64,000 nt of DNA from Eledone cirrhosa (taxonomy: Eukaryota): NCBI GenBank assembly GCA_964016885.1, contig OZ024740.1, forward strand, positions 271,064,001-271,128,000. Reading direction: 5' to 3'. Every line of letters begins with the position of its first letter. Position 1 is the stretch's first letter. Of this stretch, positions 35,699 through 48,440 are shown in pieces. Under the pieces are notes generated by a model, which saw nothing but the letters and a program-made list of their open reading frames with translations, did not search any database and was not told where the DNA came from. The position numbers were made by a program, and so were the translations under genes.

Positions 35699-35754
35699 AA
35701 TTAAATAAATATGTATATGATGCAACACTGATTCTTTGTTCCCTTATATATTAA

Positions 35755-35789
<35 letters not shown>

Positions 35790-35910
35790 ATTTATAAATA
35801 AGAGGAAAGCACGGACTGGGGCAGACAACCGATGAAGTGAAATTATCTCCAGTTCAAGCTTTCCTCTTATTTATAAATACACTTTATCCAGCAACCTCGC
35901 AGCCCCTGTT

Positions 35911-35954
<44 letters not shown>

Positions 35955-37378
35955 ACCATATATATATGTATTGACCATCGATTAAACTCAATGCGGTTCC
36001 CCTAGAGAGTCCCTTTCCAATGACTGAAGGCCATAGAAATAGAAATGATAATAGAATACTCCTGCATATATAAATGTGTTGGGGAGGTGAATGAGAAAGA
36101 GATCGAGAGACAGGGGTGAGAGGAAAGAGAGGGGGGGAGAGAGAGAGAGAGATACAAAATATACGAACAGGAATGAGGTACTGTTGAGAGGTCTTGATTT
36201 CCTTCAAAGCCAATCTTCGTTTTATTCAGAGGGTGTAGAAGAATCTATTAAATCTAAAAACAAATCTAAAGCCTGTTTCGAGCCTGGTGGCTGGTCCGGC
36301 CGGTGATTATTCAGGTTTCCGTAGCGTGAAGTGACTGAGTGTACCTGACTCTCCTCGGGACAAGACGCCAGTCAATCGCAGAGTTAAACACACAGCTATT
36401 GCTGATACTCATTTTCAGTTGAGTATATTATCGAGTCGATGCAGGATTATTATAAGTCTGAGTTAAGAACGAATTACGAAATTCAACTTCATAGGAATGT
36501 GAACTCAGAACTGTCAGTGCTTTCAATTCTGTTTATAAAATATGTCGTGGTGATTCGGCCTTACCCTGTAGACAGTATAGTGTAGTCATTGCAATGAAGA
36601 ATGGCCAGCGACACACCCTGCAACAGCCTTTCATCCTCGCGGGGCTCCTTCCTCAGGCAGGCTACTGTATTTCCAGTTTTGCAGAAGAAATCGGCAGTGA
36701 TGGGATCAAGGACACCAGAGGACTCAATAACAAACGGTACGAAAAGGAAGCGATCGGGCTAGCCTCGGGATTTGAACGATAGAACGTCGAATACAAGGAC
36801 TTGCAAAATCTGTTTCGGATCTCTACGGTGTGAGTCCAAAGCCCGTCGAGTTCGTCTTTGTCTTTCATAATTTTTAGGCTAACAAATAAAATACTACTCA
36901 GAACTAGGATCAATTCTTCTTTTCCTCTATCTTTCTCAGTCCATCTCCTCACTTCTCTCACCTGGTGAGTGATAGTATCCGTGTGGGGCAGTAACCAGCG
37001 GTCTCTGAGGGACGAGCTGCTAGAAAGGGCAGCCCGAACCACTCGAAGAAGTGTGCTCAACCAAACAGAGAGAGAGGAAAGACTGTTATAAGGAGCGAAA
37101 TATCACAATAAATTGACGGAGCCATAGACTCTCGCTATTCCCATGGAATTACGCTTTAATTTATACTTTTAATTATTGTGTGTCTACTCTGCCTTCCATG
37201 GGCTATAGATTCCATACACTGGTGGTTTTTCCCTGTTTGACTGATAACGCACTATCTCTCTCTCTCTCTGGTTTGTTATCTTTTCTACATATTATATTAT
37301 AAAAAGCTCGGGATTCCTTCTCCTTTGAGCACATTACTGACAGGGAATAGCGAGAGTCTATGGCTCCGTTAATTTATT

Positions 37379-37459
<81 letters not shown>

Positions 37460-37917
37460 GGAAATCAGTAAAATCGAATCTCTGGCGGTTTGCAAGTGAA
37501 TTCGGCCTACTTATATGAAATGATGAGTTAGCAAAGCACTCGATACGTTTAAAAAGCTTGACAAATCGAACATTGTGGTAGGCTAAACTAACACACAATA
37601 TGTATACCAGAGCAACGATAGCACTAATCAGGTTGAGAAAAAGTACACCTGGACAAATTAGACGAATAGACGTTTAAAGTGTTTCTCTGAATCCAAAATC
37701 AAATATCCGACTTACTTGTAAGGCAAGCTCCTGGCAATTGATGATCGAACGTTGGATTCAATTTTTCAACAGGTTTATCGTTCTTCCTGGGATGGAAGTG
37801 ATAAATTATATGTTGCTGCAACATATATATATAAGTTTATCCTGGATTCAATCAGGGTAACCAGAGTAAATAAGGTACTCAATACATAGCAGAGGTATAA
37901 ATATTTAATATAGAAAT

Positions 37918-37968
37918 GGCTTCTACAAGACTAGAACTGTTTCATTCGGGAGAAATCATCAGGAAGCC
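37918..37968 (-). ncRNA. Type I hammerhead, with an inverted partial twin at 37973-38017 (+)
   Basis: GGCUUC-CUGAUGA-uUUC uccc GAAu-GAAA-CAG..UUG-UA^-GAAGCC; decayed relatives at about 8930, 42079-42128 and 63160-63207. Confidence 0.7.
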
Positions 37969-38027
37969 AGCCCTGATGATTACTCCCAAATGAAACAGTT
38001 CTAGTCCTGTAGAAGCCATTTCTATAT

Positions 38028-38174
<147 letters not shown>

Positions 38175-38211
38175 TTGTGTATGTGTGTGTGTATGTATAT
38201 GTATATGTACC

Positions 38212-38242
<31 letters not shown>

Positions 38243-39324
38243 ATATAGGTATGTATGGACTGAATATACTAGCCGTTATCTCATTACAATCCGTCATTTA
38301 CTAGATCCATAGATAAGATTTCTGAATTCAATCTAGTATCAAAATTGCACATAAAATCAAGTTTGAAAACCATACAGGTAGGTCTAAGTGTTGAAATGTT
38401 CACAGTAAATGTATAACTATAATCAACTCTACAATAATATCATTTCACCTTCCTTAACTCCGCAGCTAATTCAAGCGTAACTAAACTATATTGCCTAGAA
38501 TATAGTCTACGTCAAATTAAATTATTACACGTTTGCAAGTACACAATACTTGAATAGTATTCAAAGTGATTCACTACCATCTGATTATTATATTGCCAAG
38601 TATTGCTTCAACTGATCATCTAGAAAGAACGAGGGGTGTAATATTTTATGGATTCGAGATAAATTGAAGGCTTTTATTTATGTTTTATATAGCTTATACG
38701 CCGAACTGAGTAGTAAGGGCAAGGTATATAGTTTGATGCTCTCCAGTATCTTCGTTATATTGCATTCTTTCTAAGTCCATTCATCCAACCGTATTAAACC
38801 GATGTAAACATAATCTCACATATGCAGCAACACACACACACATATATATATATATATACACATATATATGTAGAGTATATGTACGCATATACACATACAT
38901 AACGGTTTCTAGTTTTAAAAAAATGGTAGTTATATCTACATTAATTTTAGACTAAATCTTCATTCTCATATATAAAAGTATATAGATATATATGTGTGTG
39001 TGCAGTATGTGTGTGTGTATTTGTGAATGTATGTTGTGTGTGCGTGTGTGTGACCCTGTGTGTGTATTTCTATGCGTGTGTCTGAGTGTATAAACTTGTA
39101 TGTCTATGTTATGTATGAAGACCATTTATTGCCCTAACCTGTAAACTCAGAAAACACCATAGACCGCACCAGCCGCCAAATATGGAGGACAGACGTTATC
39201 AATCTGCAGCTGTCATATTATGTAGTTTCATAGCTTCTGTATAATAAAACTACTATATATTTATTTATATGTATGTATGTATATATAGATATATATAGAT
39301 ATATGTATATATAGATATATATAG

Positions 39325-39352
<28 letters not shown>

Positions 39353-39357
<5 letters not shown>

Positions 39358-40130
39358 ATTAATACATCTACCAACATATGCGTACAGATGTACACTAATG
39401 CTAGCAAATACATAAGTTATGTCAAAGTACCTAGGTGGGTCAATGCAGGGGGATGCAGAACAATTATATGAAAGACCTAAAATAACAAAATTTTAAAAAT
39501 TAAAAATTAACTTACTAAAATTTTCACTCCAACTAATTAGTTTCTGTAATGGGATAAATATAGTTACACAATGTAACTATCGAGAATTCATTACGTCATC
39601 AGGGAGTCTATTCTCAGCTAAGTTCCCAGGCAATGCGCGGACACTAGGAACCCATATAAAAATAATAAATCAGTGGATGCAATAAGCTAGCGGGGACTAA
39701 ATTCCATAGCACTGAAAAAGTTCACTGCCTCTGGTCAGTGGTGTATTCTAAAGAATCAATCACGTGACACTGAGGTTAGTCAGTAGGAGTGGGGTGGTAT
39801 TATGACAAGAGCCTACTATTACTACTATGAATTAGCAGTAGATTTGGCAAGTTTGCTCAACAAATAATTTGGAGATAAATATAGAGAATTAATACATCTA
39901 CCAACATATGCGTACAGATGTACACTAATGCTAGTAAATATATAAGTTATGTCAAAGTACCTAGGTGGTTCAATGCAGGGGGATGCAGAACAATTATATG
40001 AAAGACGTAAAATAAGAAAATTTTAAAAATTAAAAATTAACTTACTTACTAAAATTTAGTTGGAGTGAAAATTTTAGTAAGTAAGTTAATTTTTAATTTT
40101 TAAAATTTTCTTATTTTACGTCTTTCATAT
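39353..40130 (-). mobile_element. Hammerhead-bearing non-coding element: direct repeat (period 530 bp) plus an inverted terminal segment, next to (TA)n and (GA)n
   Basis: 39353-39523 repeated at 39883-40056; 40057-40130 is an inverted copy. Confidence 0.75.
39526..39607 (-). ncRNA. Type I hammerhead with a long stem II
   Basis: ACUCC-CUGAUGA-c GUAAUG..AUAGUUACA uug UGUAACUAU..CAUUAC a-GAAA-CUAAUUAG-UU^-GGAGU. Confidence 0.85.
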
Positions 40131-40265
40131 ATATATATATATATATATATGTAGATAAATCTACCAAAATATACGGTAGTGTCCAAACCGTATGAAGAAC
40201 TCAATGTAATTTTAATATAAGGAACTTGTTCTTTGTTTTTATTTCATTGCTTTATTTTTTTATTA

Positions 40266-40320
<55 letters not shown>

Positions 40321-40340
40321 TATGTATATATATATATATA

Positions 40341-40432
<92 letters not shown>

Positions 40433-40944
40433 GAGAGACAGAGAGAGAATTATAGTATTATTCAGTTTTTTATTATGTAACAAGAAACTGAAGCCACTTA
40501 CTCAATGGTCAAATTATTTCGTTTAGTAAATCCTGTGGTAGTTCCACTATATGTTCCAAATATAACAATTTACGGAGCATATATAGAAATTTACAAATTT
40601 ATTATTTAAAACATCACATTTCAAAAGAGTGAGAATAACATGTATTGCATAACTCTGACACGTGTTTCTTTGTATGTGGTACATATCAGTCTACGATTGC
40701 TAGTATTTGACTCTTTCAATCAAATTAAATCGAATCCAACTACTTGAAAAATCATATATAAATACAACATACATATAAGAAAAAGAAGTTGAAAATACAA
40801 TTGGAGTCTTTAAGTTAAGAGAGATAAAGATATGGAGAGCACAGCCACTCATCTCTCAAACTCTCTTAACTACAATTGCATATTCAACTTCTTTTCCTTA
40901 TAGTTTTACCCGTCTAAAAAAACAACCTTACTTTCGAATATATA

Positions 40945-41708
40945 GGTGAAGTGGTATCTTGTCTTTAAAGCGTAGAAATATCCTAGACCCCCAGTAGACA
41001 ACTGATGAGGAAAACTCCCCACCCCACCCCCACCCCCAACCCCACCCCTGTTCTTGCTTTCTTCGTATTCCCACTGCATTTTAAGTTACCTTAAATAGCA
41101 AATACACAGCCATTTCTATTCTCCAAATATTTCATCATGTTTTTCGCTGTGACCATTCTTCTCTCCCCCTTCTACCTACATATTTCGCCACTTTCTACTC
41201 TCACCCCTCTTTCTTCCCCTCCTTTTCTCCCTATCTACTCTTACCCCGCTTTCTTCCTCTCCCTTTCTCCCTCTCACTTTCACCCCCTCGTCTGACCGTT
41301 TAGCAGTTCTCTTCTCACTTACAACTGCGGCGATCGGACGTGTGTCTTCTTTCTCTCGATTACTCGGTCTCGAACTTAAGTTCTATTGTCGAGTGGTCTT
41401 GGATTTCCTACCTATAGTTGCTCGCACGTTGCTCGGTTTGTGTTTTTTTCGCTGTTTTGTGACTGTTTCTCTTTTCTTCCCCTTTGCTTTCCTTCCCTTC
41501 TTCCTTCGTTTTCCCAATAACTTATCCAGTTATTGACGCCCTGGGGTGAAGTGGTATCTTGTCTTTAAAGCGTAGACATATCCTAGACCCCCAGTAGACA
41601 ACTGATGAGGAAAACTCTCCCCTGTTATTGCTGTCTTCGTATTCCCACTGCATTTTAAGTTACCTTAAATAGCAACTACACAGCCATTTCTATTCTCCAT
41701 ATATTTCA

Positions 41709-41709
<1 letters not shown>
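40945..41709 (+). repeat. Element with about 165-190-bp direct terminal repeats (period 600 bp)
   Basis: ggtgaagtggtatcttgtc...ctattctcca at 40945 and 41545; each contains AGACAA-CTGATGA. Confidence 0.7.
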
Positions 41710-41750
<41 letters not shown>

Positions 41751-41845
41751 TATATATATATATAACAAAGGAATTGTGGTAAGGAACCAGATGGACCATA
41801 ACGCACCAGAGTACTCAATACTTAGGGTAGTAGAGTGGGAAATAG

Positions 41846-41949
41846 GAAAAAGTATGACCCCGACGGCAGAGCTCAAGCCATTTCGACGGCTATTTCTGTG
41901 CAGAAATAGTCGTCGAAATGGCTTGAGCTCTGCCGTCGGGGTCATACTT

Positions 41950-41953
<4 letters not shown>
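41846..41953. repeat. Near-perfect 53-bp-arm palindrome made of a hammerhead 3' half; relative at about 62131-62345
   Basis: GAAA-(C/U)GGC uugagcucu GCCG-UC^; the fold-back centre falls where stem II would be. Confidence 0.65.
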
Positions 41954-41990
<37 letters not shown>

Positions 41991-42457
41991 TTTATATATA
42001 TATATAAGTCCAGTCGGGGGTAACCACAGTAAGTAAGGTACTCAATACAAAGCAGAGTATAAATATTTGATATAGAAAGGCTTCTACAGGACTAGAATTG
42101 TTTTATTCGGTAGAAATCATCAGGAAGCAGCTGTCCAAGTCCTTGATATATATATATATATATTTAATATATGTTAAATATATATATATACATATAATAT
42201 ATATATACATATATATATACATATAATATATATATATGTATATATATATATGCATATGTGGGCCCTAGTGTATGGATGCGCGTGTGTGTGTGAGTATGTA
42301 TGCGTGTATGTGTGTGTATGTGTGTGTATGTGAGTGTGAGTGTGAGTATGTGTGTGGGAGGGGGGTATGTAGTAATTGTGTTGCCTACTGGATGTTGCAT
42401 CAACGTGAGTACTCAATGCTCTTACTTGGACTCTCATTTTATATATTTCATTTACAG

Positions 42458-43024
42458 CTTGCAACCAGTCAATGGCAGATATTGTTTTCCTTCTTGATTC
42501 GTCGGGAAGTGTTGGATCCTCTAATTTTCAGAAGATGCTTAAGTTTGTGAAGAATATGGTAAATGGATTTGATATCGGCAATGATACCGTTAGGATTGGC
42601 GTAGCATCTTTTTCAAACCAGCCAGTCCAACACTTTTCATTGAATACATACTTCAAAAAGAGCGAAATTTTAACTGCGATCAGCAAACTTCCTTATTACC
42701 AAGGGAGTACAAACACAGCATCCGCTCTCAACCTGCTCAGAAGCACTGTTTTTACACCAGCCTCAGGGGACCGTCCAACAGCACCGAACATTGCCATTGT
42801 AATTACTGACGGTCAATCAAATGATCCCTTATCAACATTGGCTCAAGCAAAGGCTCTTAAGAAGAGTGGAACTGTCGTGTTTTCAATCGGTGTTGGATCG
42901 GGAGTCCAAGTAAAGGAACTTAATAATATGGCTAGCGACCCTGACAAAGAACATGTTTTCACTATCTCAGATTTTTCAGCGTTTGGTAGCATCCAAAAAA
43001 AGCTTGCGAAGAAAGCATGCGAAG
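42458..43024 (+). CDS. VWA domain exon 3
   Basis: tttacag acceptor, G|GTCAGT donor; 567 nt; DIVFLLDSSGSV, TNT, ITDG. Confidence 0.93.
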
Positions 43025-43174
43025 GTCAGTAAAGCTTTGTTAACGCTTTGTATATAATAAATATTTTGGTTTAATTTATATTTAATCTATAATAGTATAT
43101 TAAATTCAAAATCGTCATTTATTATGAATCTCTTTGAATGGACTTTAGTTATGAAACACTTTCCGCATAGCTTT

Positions 43175-43380
43175 GTGGTGGTGATATTAATATTAAGGAA
43201 TATATAGATACATGTATATTAATGTGGGAGGTGTCCGAGCCATGTGGTGGTGATATTAGTATTAAGGAATATATAGATACATGTATATTAATGTGGGAGG
43301 TGTCCGAGCCATGTGGTGGTACATGTATATTAATGTGGTATATGTCCGAGCCATGTGGTGGTGATATTAGTATTAAGGAA
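43175..43380. repeat. About 70-bp tandem repeat interrupted by a MITE
   Basis: tgtggtggtgatattagtattaaggaa..gtccgagcca repeated; the unit resumes after 43744. Confidence 0.7.
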
Positions 43381-43382
43381 TA

Positions 43383-43742
43383 CAGGTTGCCCCCCGGTAT
43401 TCGGTGGGGTTACGTTCTAGAGCACCCACGAAGAGTGAGAAACCGCGAATATTGGACGTGGTCCATAAAAATGCTTATAAACGTCAAAATATTATGTAAA
43501 ATATAATAGAAAAAAGAGGGAGCTTCTTATGTGAAGGGGCGTCCAATAGGCCAGCAAATACGGTATATTGTTATTAATAATTTAGCGTTTAAAAAATATA
43601 TATTGCCACGAAAAAATGCATTTAAAAATTCGAAGATATTTACGATTCCGCGAATATGCAGTGGTTTCTACGAACAATTATTAGTTAGGTTCTAAGGAAA
43701 ATTCCGCGAATAACCGGAGCTGCGAATGCCTGGGTTACACTG
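43383..43742. mobile_element. Tigger-type MITE with TA target duplication
   Basis: TA|cagg..ccccggtattcg and gcgaatgcctgggttacactg|TA termini. Confidence 0.65.
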
Positions 43743-44027
43743 TATATAGATATATGTGTATTAATGTGGCAGATGTCCGATCGCGAGCTCCAGGGGTTTT
43801 CACCTTCCCAAGCTTCGTCAATATAATGAAGAAATGAAAGAAAAACAACTTGATACAACAAACCTAAATAGCCTAAAACACATAACAAAATACAGTTAAA
43901 TAAACTAACCAGCCCGCTATACCGGTGCGAAGACAACGAATGTCATCAGGCCGCAGTCGCCTTTAATACATGGTTTCAATTGAGGTGTGGCTACTAAATA
44001 TATGTGAATGCGCATGCGCGGCTATAT

Positions 44028-44408
44028 GTACGAAAGTCGGCTGAAAAGTTCATAGGCTAACCAAGATACTCCCCTTTCCCTCCTAAATTCGGCTGCCCAC
44101 TTTTTCACTGTTGATAAAACTGGAGAGTCATCCCCTAATGTAGCAACCATACCAGCATGAATGTCCTTGGGAACTAAACCCTTTTTCTGCAGGTACTTGA
44201 TAACACTACAATACCAAATTTTATCCATTTTCAAGGGATGTCGCTACTAGTTACTTTTAAAGTCTTCTTTGAACAGTCAGATGTCAGTTCACCTGGAAAG
44301 AAACAATGCAGTTATTAATAAGAAAAGTTGAAATTAATGTATGCAAGATTTCATAGCTCTAGCATCACTGCTTCAAAGTCAGCCAGTGAACTTTTCAGCC
44401 CACCCTCT
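44028..44408 (-). mobile_element. Internally deleted mariner element; further fragments at about 51804, 54431, 60080 and 63100
   Basis: TIRs ggctgaaaagttca and tgaacttttcagcc; HTH peptide VIKYLQKKG..PKDIH..LGDDSPVLSTVKKWAAEFRR. Confidence 0.8.
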
Positions 44409-44418
44409 ATGTCCATGA

Positions 44419-44475
<57 letters not shown>

Positions 44476-44610
44476 ATGTGACCAAGTGTATGAAACAATG
44501 CAGTTATTAATAAGAAAAGTTGAAATTAATGTATGCAAGATTTCACAGCTCTAGCATCACTGCTTCAAAGTCAGCCAGTGAACTTTTCAGCCCACCCTCT
44601 ATGTCCATGA

Positions 44611-44709
<99 letters not shown>

Positions 44710-44838
44710 CCAAGTGTATGAAACAATGCAGTTATTAATAAGAAAAGTTGAAATTAATGTATGCAAGATTTCACAGCTCTAGCATCACTGCTTCAAAGTC
44801 AGCCAGTGAACTTTTCAGCCCACCCTCTATGTCTATGA

Positions 44839-44902
<64 letters not shown>

Positions 44903-45100
44903 TGACCAAGTGTATGTAACAATGCAGTTATTAATAAGAAAAGTTGAAATGAATGCATGCAATATTTCACAGCTCTAGCATCACTGCTTCAAAGTCAGCC
45001 TGTGACCTTTTCAGCCCACCCCTCTATGTCCATGATTTATGTGTGTGTGTATGTGTGTGTGTGTGTGTGTGTGTATGAATGTGACGATGTATATGTATGC
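44301..45100. repeat. Four-copy tandem array of mariner end plus (GT)n
   Basis: Units start at about 44301, 44493, 44721 and 44918; lengths differ mainly by the GT tract. Confidence 0.85.
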
Positions 45101-45435
45101 ATCTGAGACGACGTTCTCTAAGCCTGGTACAAAAAAGAAATGAAATGTCGTTTCTCCATCCTAACCTGACAGTGAGTTAGACATCATAATCATATTCTTA
45201 TTCTGTTGTCTTAAATAGATCATGTTTTATCTTCGGAATCGTTGTTATTAAGTAAAACTATACGACGACCTAATCTCCATTACTTTTCTTTTTATAAATT
45301 ATGTATTACTTCCCGAATGATAACGGCTTATTTAAGTCATAAATAATTTAATCCTTCGTTGAAGAATTAACTGTAAAAACTACAGAGTTTACAAAATTAT
45401 GAATATATTTTTTTGTTTTGTTTTGTTTATTCCAG

Positions 45436-45474
45436 CACAAAAATATACTCCTATGCCACCAACTCCATCACCCG
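45436..45474 (+). CDS. Linker micro-exon (AQKYTPMPPTPSP)
   Basis: attccag acceptor, G|GTAAGT donor; 39 nt, phase 1-1. Confidence 0.8.
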
Positions 45475-45514
45475 GTAAGTGAAATATATTTAACAACAGC
45501 GAAATATGGTTCTG

Positions 45515-45568
<54 letters not shown>

Positions 45569-45698
45569 GAAGTTATATTTAATTTGTTGGGATTCCAACA
45601 AACTTAAAAGTTTATAACTGATATAGAGCACTCAACAGTTTACTGGAGTAAATATTCAATATATTAATAAATGGAAACTATATTTATAAAACCATAAT

Positions 45699-45763
45699 TT
45701 TTTTATTATATATATTTCAAGGGCAACCAAGACAGTCTTGGTGCGCTTTCATCAGATAAAATA
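45699..45763 (-). ncRNA. Type I hammerhead
   Basis: UUUUAU-CUGAUGA-AAG..CCAAGA cug UCUUGG..CUU-GAAA-UAUAUA-UA^-AUAAAA. Confidence 0.8.
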
Positions 45764-45956
45764 CAAAAATTTGTTTTATAAATAGTGACATAACCGTGGA
45801 AAACAACCGTGACGGTTGAGAATTCACTATCCAGCGGATGCTCAACCGTCACGGTTGTTTTCCACGGTTGTGTCACTATTTATAAAACAAATTTTTGTAT
45901 TTTATCTGATGAAAGCGTACCAAGCCTGCCTTGGTTGCCCTTGAAATATATATAAT

Positions 45957-46130
45957 TGTTTCTACTTTAGGCACAAGGCCAGCAATTACTGGTACTTTAT
46001 TTTATCGACCCCGTAAGGATGAAAGGCAGAGTCAACCTCGGCGGGATTTGAACTCAGATCGTAAAGGGACGTAACTATGCTGGAAAGCATGGCGTCCGAC
46101 CCTCTACCGATACTGCCAATCCACCGCCCT
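45957..46130 (-). mobile_element. Full-length SINE with a 12-bp TSD (aatatatataat)
   Basis: TSD at 45945-45956 and 46131-46142. Confidence 0.9.
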
Positions 46131-46208
46131 AATATATATAATAAAATAATTATGGTTTTATAAATATAGTTTCCATTTATTAATATATATATATATATAC
46201 GACACACA

Positions 46209-46280
<72 letters not shown>

Positions 46281-46387
46281 GTTTTGCGTGTAAACAAATT
46301 TTAACAATGTTAAAAAAAAGGTAGACAATATAATTAAAACAAACGAGTTTCCTCAATAGAAAGGAGGACAATATTAATAATTATAAT

Positions 46388-46962
46388 GGTTTCTTTATTG
46401 GCCACAAGGGCTAACATAAAGAAAAACAATACAGATGGCACAGAACGGTACAGGACGATACAAAGTGGGTTTTGGTCGTGTAAAAAGATTATAACAAGAT
46501 AGAAATGTGTAAAACCAAATCAAAAAAATTTAAACAACAAAAATTCCCCAATAGGGGGGAAACCTCCGAGGGTCATTCGTAGCGAAAACCACACAAAAGA
46601 CCACGGACACCTTGACCACCAGGGCAAGCGCCCTCTCTCAGTTCTCCCACTCCTCAGTCTACAGATGCATACTCAGAGTGGGCCCGTTCAGTCGGACCAG
46701 ACTCGCCACTTTCACCCACCGTTCAACAAACTTACTAGAAGACACCACTTGCCTCTCCACCCTAAATTTCCTCTTCAAGTGAAATTTGAAAAAGTTAATC
46801 AGGGATTCGCCGAAGAGGAAAGTGTCTATCTTCAATCCTTTTAGCCTAGACTACCATACAATCTCTTTTGCCATGGCCACCAGGCAAATGAAAATTGCCT
46901 GCCCTTCCTCCTCATTAAAGGAGGATGGCGGGGCTATCTGCACAATGGACTCAGTCGACAGC
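46388..46962 (-). mobile_element. 5'-truncated Tx1-like LINE of another subfamily
   Basis: ..IFICLVAMAKEIVW*SRLKGL..ERWVKVASLVRLNGPTLSMHL* aligns with the ORF2 C-terminus; ends cccttgtggccAATAAAgaaacc|attata. Confidence 0.85.
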
Positions 46963-47039
46963 AACTATGATTTGAAATATGATTTTTTTTTTTTTTTTTT
47001 TTTGTAAATTTATAATTGTACATATTTATTTTTTTCCAG

Positions 47040-47316
47040 TTGTTTGCAATCGTACTATGGCTGACATAATATTTGCTTTGGATACTTCTGCAAGTGTGGA
47101 TGAGAACAGCTATAAGTTAATGTTGACTTTTGTCCATCGCATGGTAAAGTCGTTCGACATAGGTAAAGATGATGTCAGAGTAGGACTGATCACTTTCTCT
47201 GATAATTCTATGCTTGAATTCCATTTAAACAAATATTTCAATGCATCATTGTTGAACAAAGCTATATCGAACGTCAAGTACAAAGCTGGTTCTACAAATA
47301 CAGCAGATGCACTCAG
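47040..47316 (+). CDS. VWA domain 4, first exon
   Basis: ttccag acceptor, AG|GTAAC donor; phase 1-2; DIIFALDTSASV, TNT. Confidence 0.9.
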
Positions 47317-47339
47317 GTAACTTTGAAAATAATCCAAAT

Positions 47340-47645
47340 ACTTTTTTATTTTATTTCATTTTATTTTCATTACTATAATTTTTAAATTTCATGTTCATTT
47401 TCATTACTATATTTTTTTATTTCATTTTATTTTCATTAATATATTTTTTTTAATTTCATTTTCATTTTTATTAATATATTTTTTTATTTCATTTTATTTT
47501 CATTACTACATTTTTTATTTCATTTTATTTTCATTACTATATTTTTTATTTCATTTTATTTTCATTACTATATTTATTTTTCATTTTATTTTCATTACTA
47601 TATTTTTTATTTCATTTTATTTTCATTACTATATTTATTTTTTCA
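47340..47645. repeat. AT-rich minisatellite, about 29-bp unit
   Basis: tttcattttattttcattactatatttttta repeated. Confidence 0.75.
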
Positions 47646-47744
47646 TGTCTTAGAAAGTATACATGAAAAATAAATTGGAAAAAGAATGGAAAAAGGGTTA
47701 TCATTTATATTTATATATATTTATATAAGGTTTATAGATTGTCA

Positions 47745-48440
47745 ATATAGGTAAGGTAGAGCATCAGACAACATGTTTTGGAGCATAAAGTTAATGCCCT
47801 TTATGTTCTGAGTTCAAATTCCGCCGAAGCTAGCTTTGCCTTTCATCTTTACGGGGTCGATAAAATCAAATACCAGTAATTCACTGGGGTTGATTTAATC
47901 GACTTTCCCCTACCCCAAAATGTTTGGTCTTGTGCCTAAATCAGAAACCATTATTTATGTTATACAGGGCGGTGGATTGGCAGTATCGGTAGAGGGTCGT
48001 CGGATGCCATGCTTTACAGCATAGAGTTATGGCCCTTTATGATCTGAGTTCAAATCCCGCCGAGGTTAATTTTCCTTTCATCCTTACGGGGTCAATAAAA
48101 TAAAGTACCAGTAATACACTGGGTAATTGCTGGCCTTGTGCCAAAAGTAGAAACAATTATTTATGTTTATATAAGAAAGATGGATTTGCAAACCCATTAG
48201 AGTGACTGGCAAATGGTAACCAATATTTTCTTATATTATCATTATTTTCTGGCGGTGGATTGGCAGTATCGGTAGAGGGTCGGACGCCATGCTTTGATGC
48301 ATAGAGTTACGGCCCTTGCTATTCTGAGTTCAAATCCCGCCGAGGTTAACTTTGCCTTTCATCCTTACGGGGTCGATAAAATAAAGTACCAGTAATGTAC
48401 TGGGTAATTTCTGGCCTTGTGCCAATAGTAGAAACAATTA
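47745..48440 (+). mobile_element. Three SINE copies
   Basis: At about 47745-47950, 47967-48156 and 48251-48436; the last has TSD attatcattattttct. Confidence 0.85.

Larger units (their letters stand above)
45658..46188. mobile_element. Fold-back element (about 160-bp arms, 20-nt spacer) with a hammerhead in each arm; right arm split by a SINE
   Basis: Arms 45658-45820 and 45841-46188. Confidence 0.8.

Noticed and set aside
36617-36661. Minus-strand CUGAGGA..GAAA with a 5-bp stem I
   Set aside because: Stem II and stem III do not pair; chance or heavily decayed
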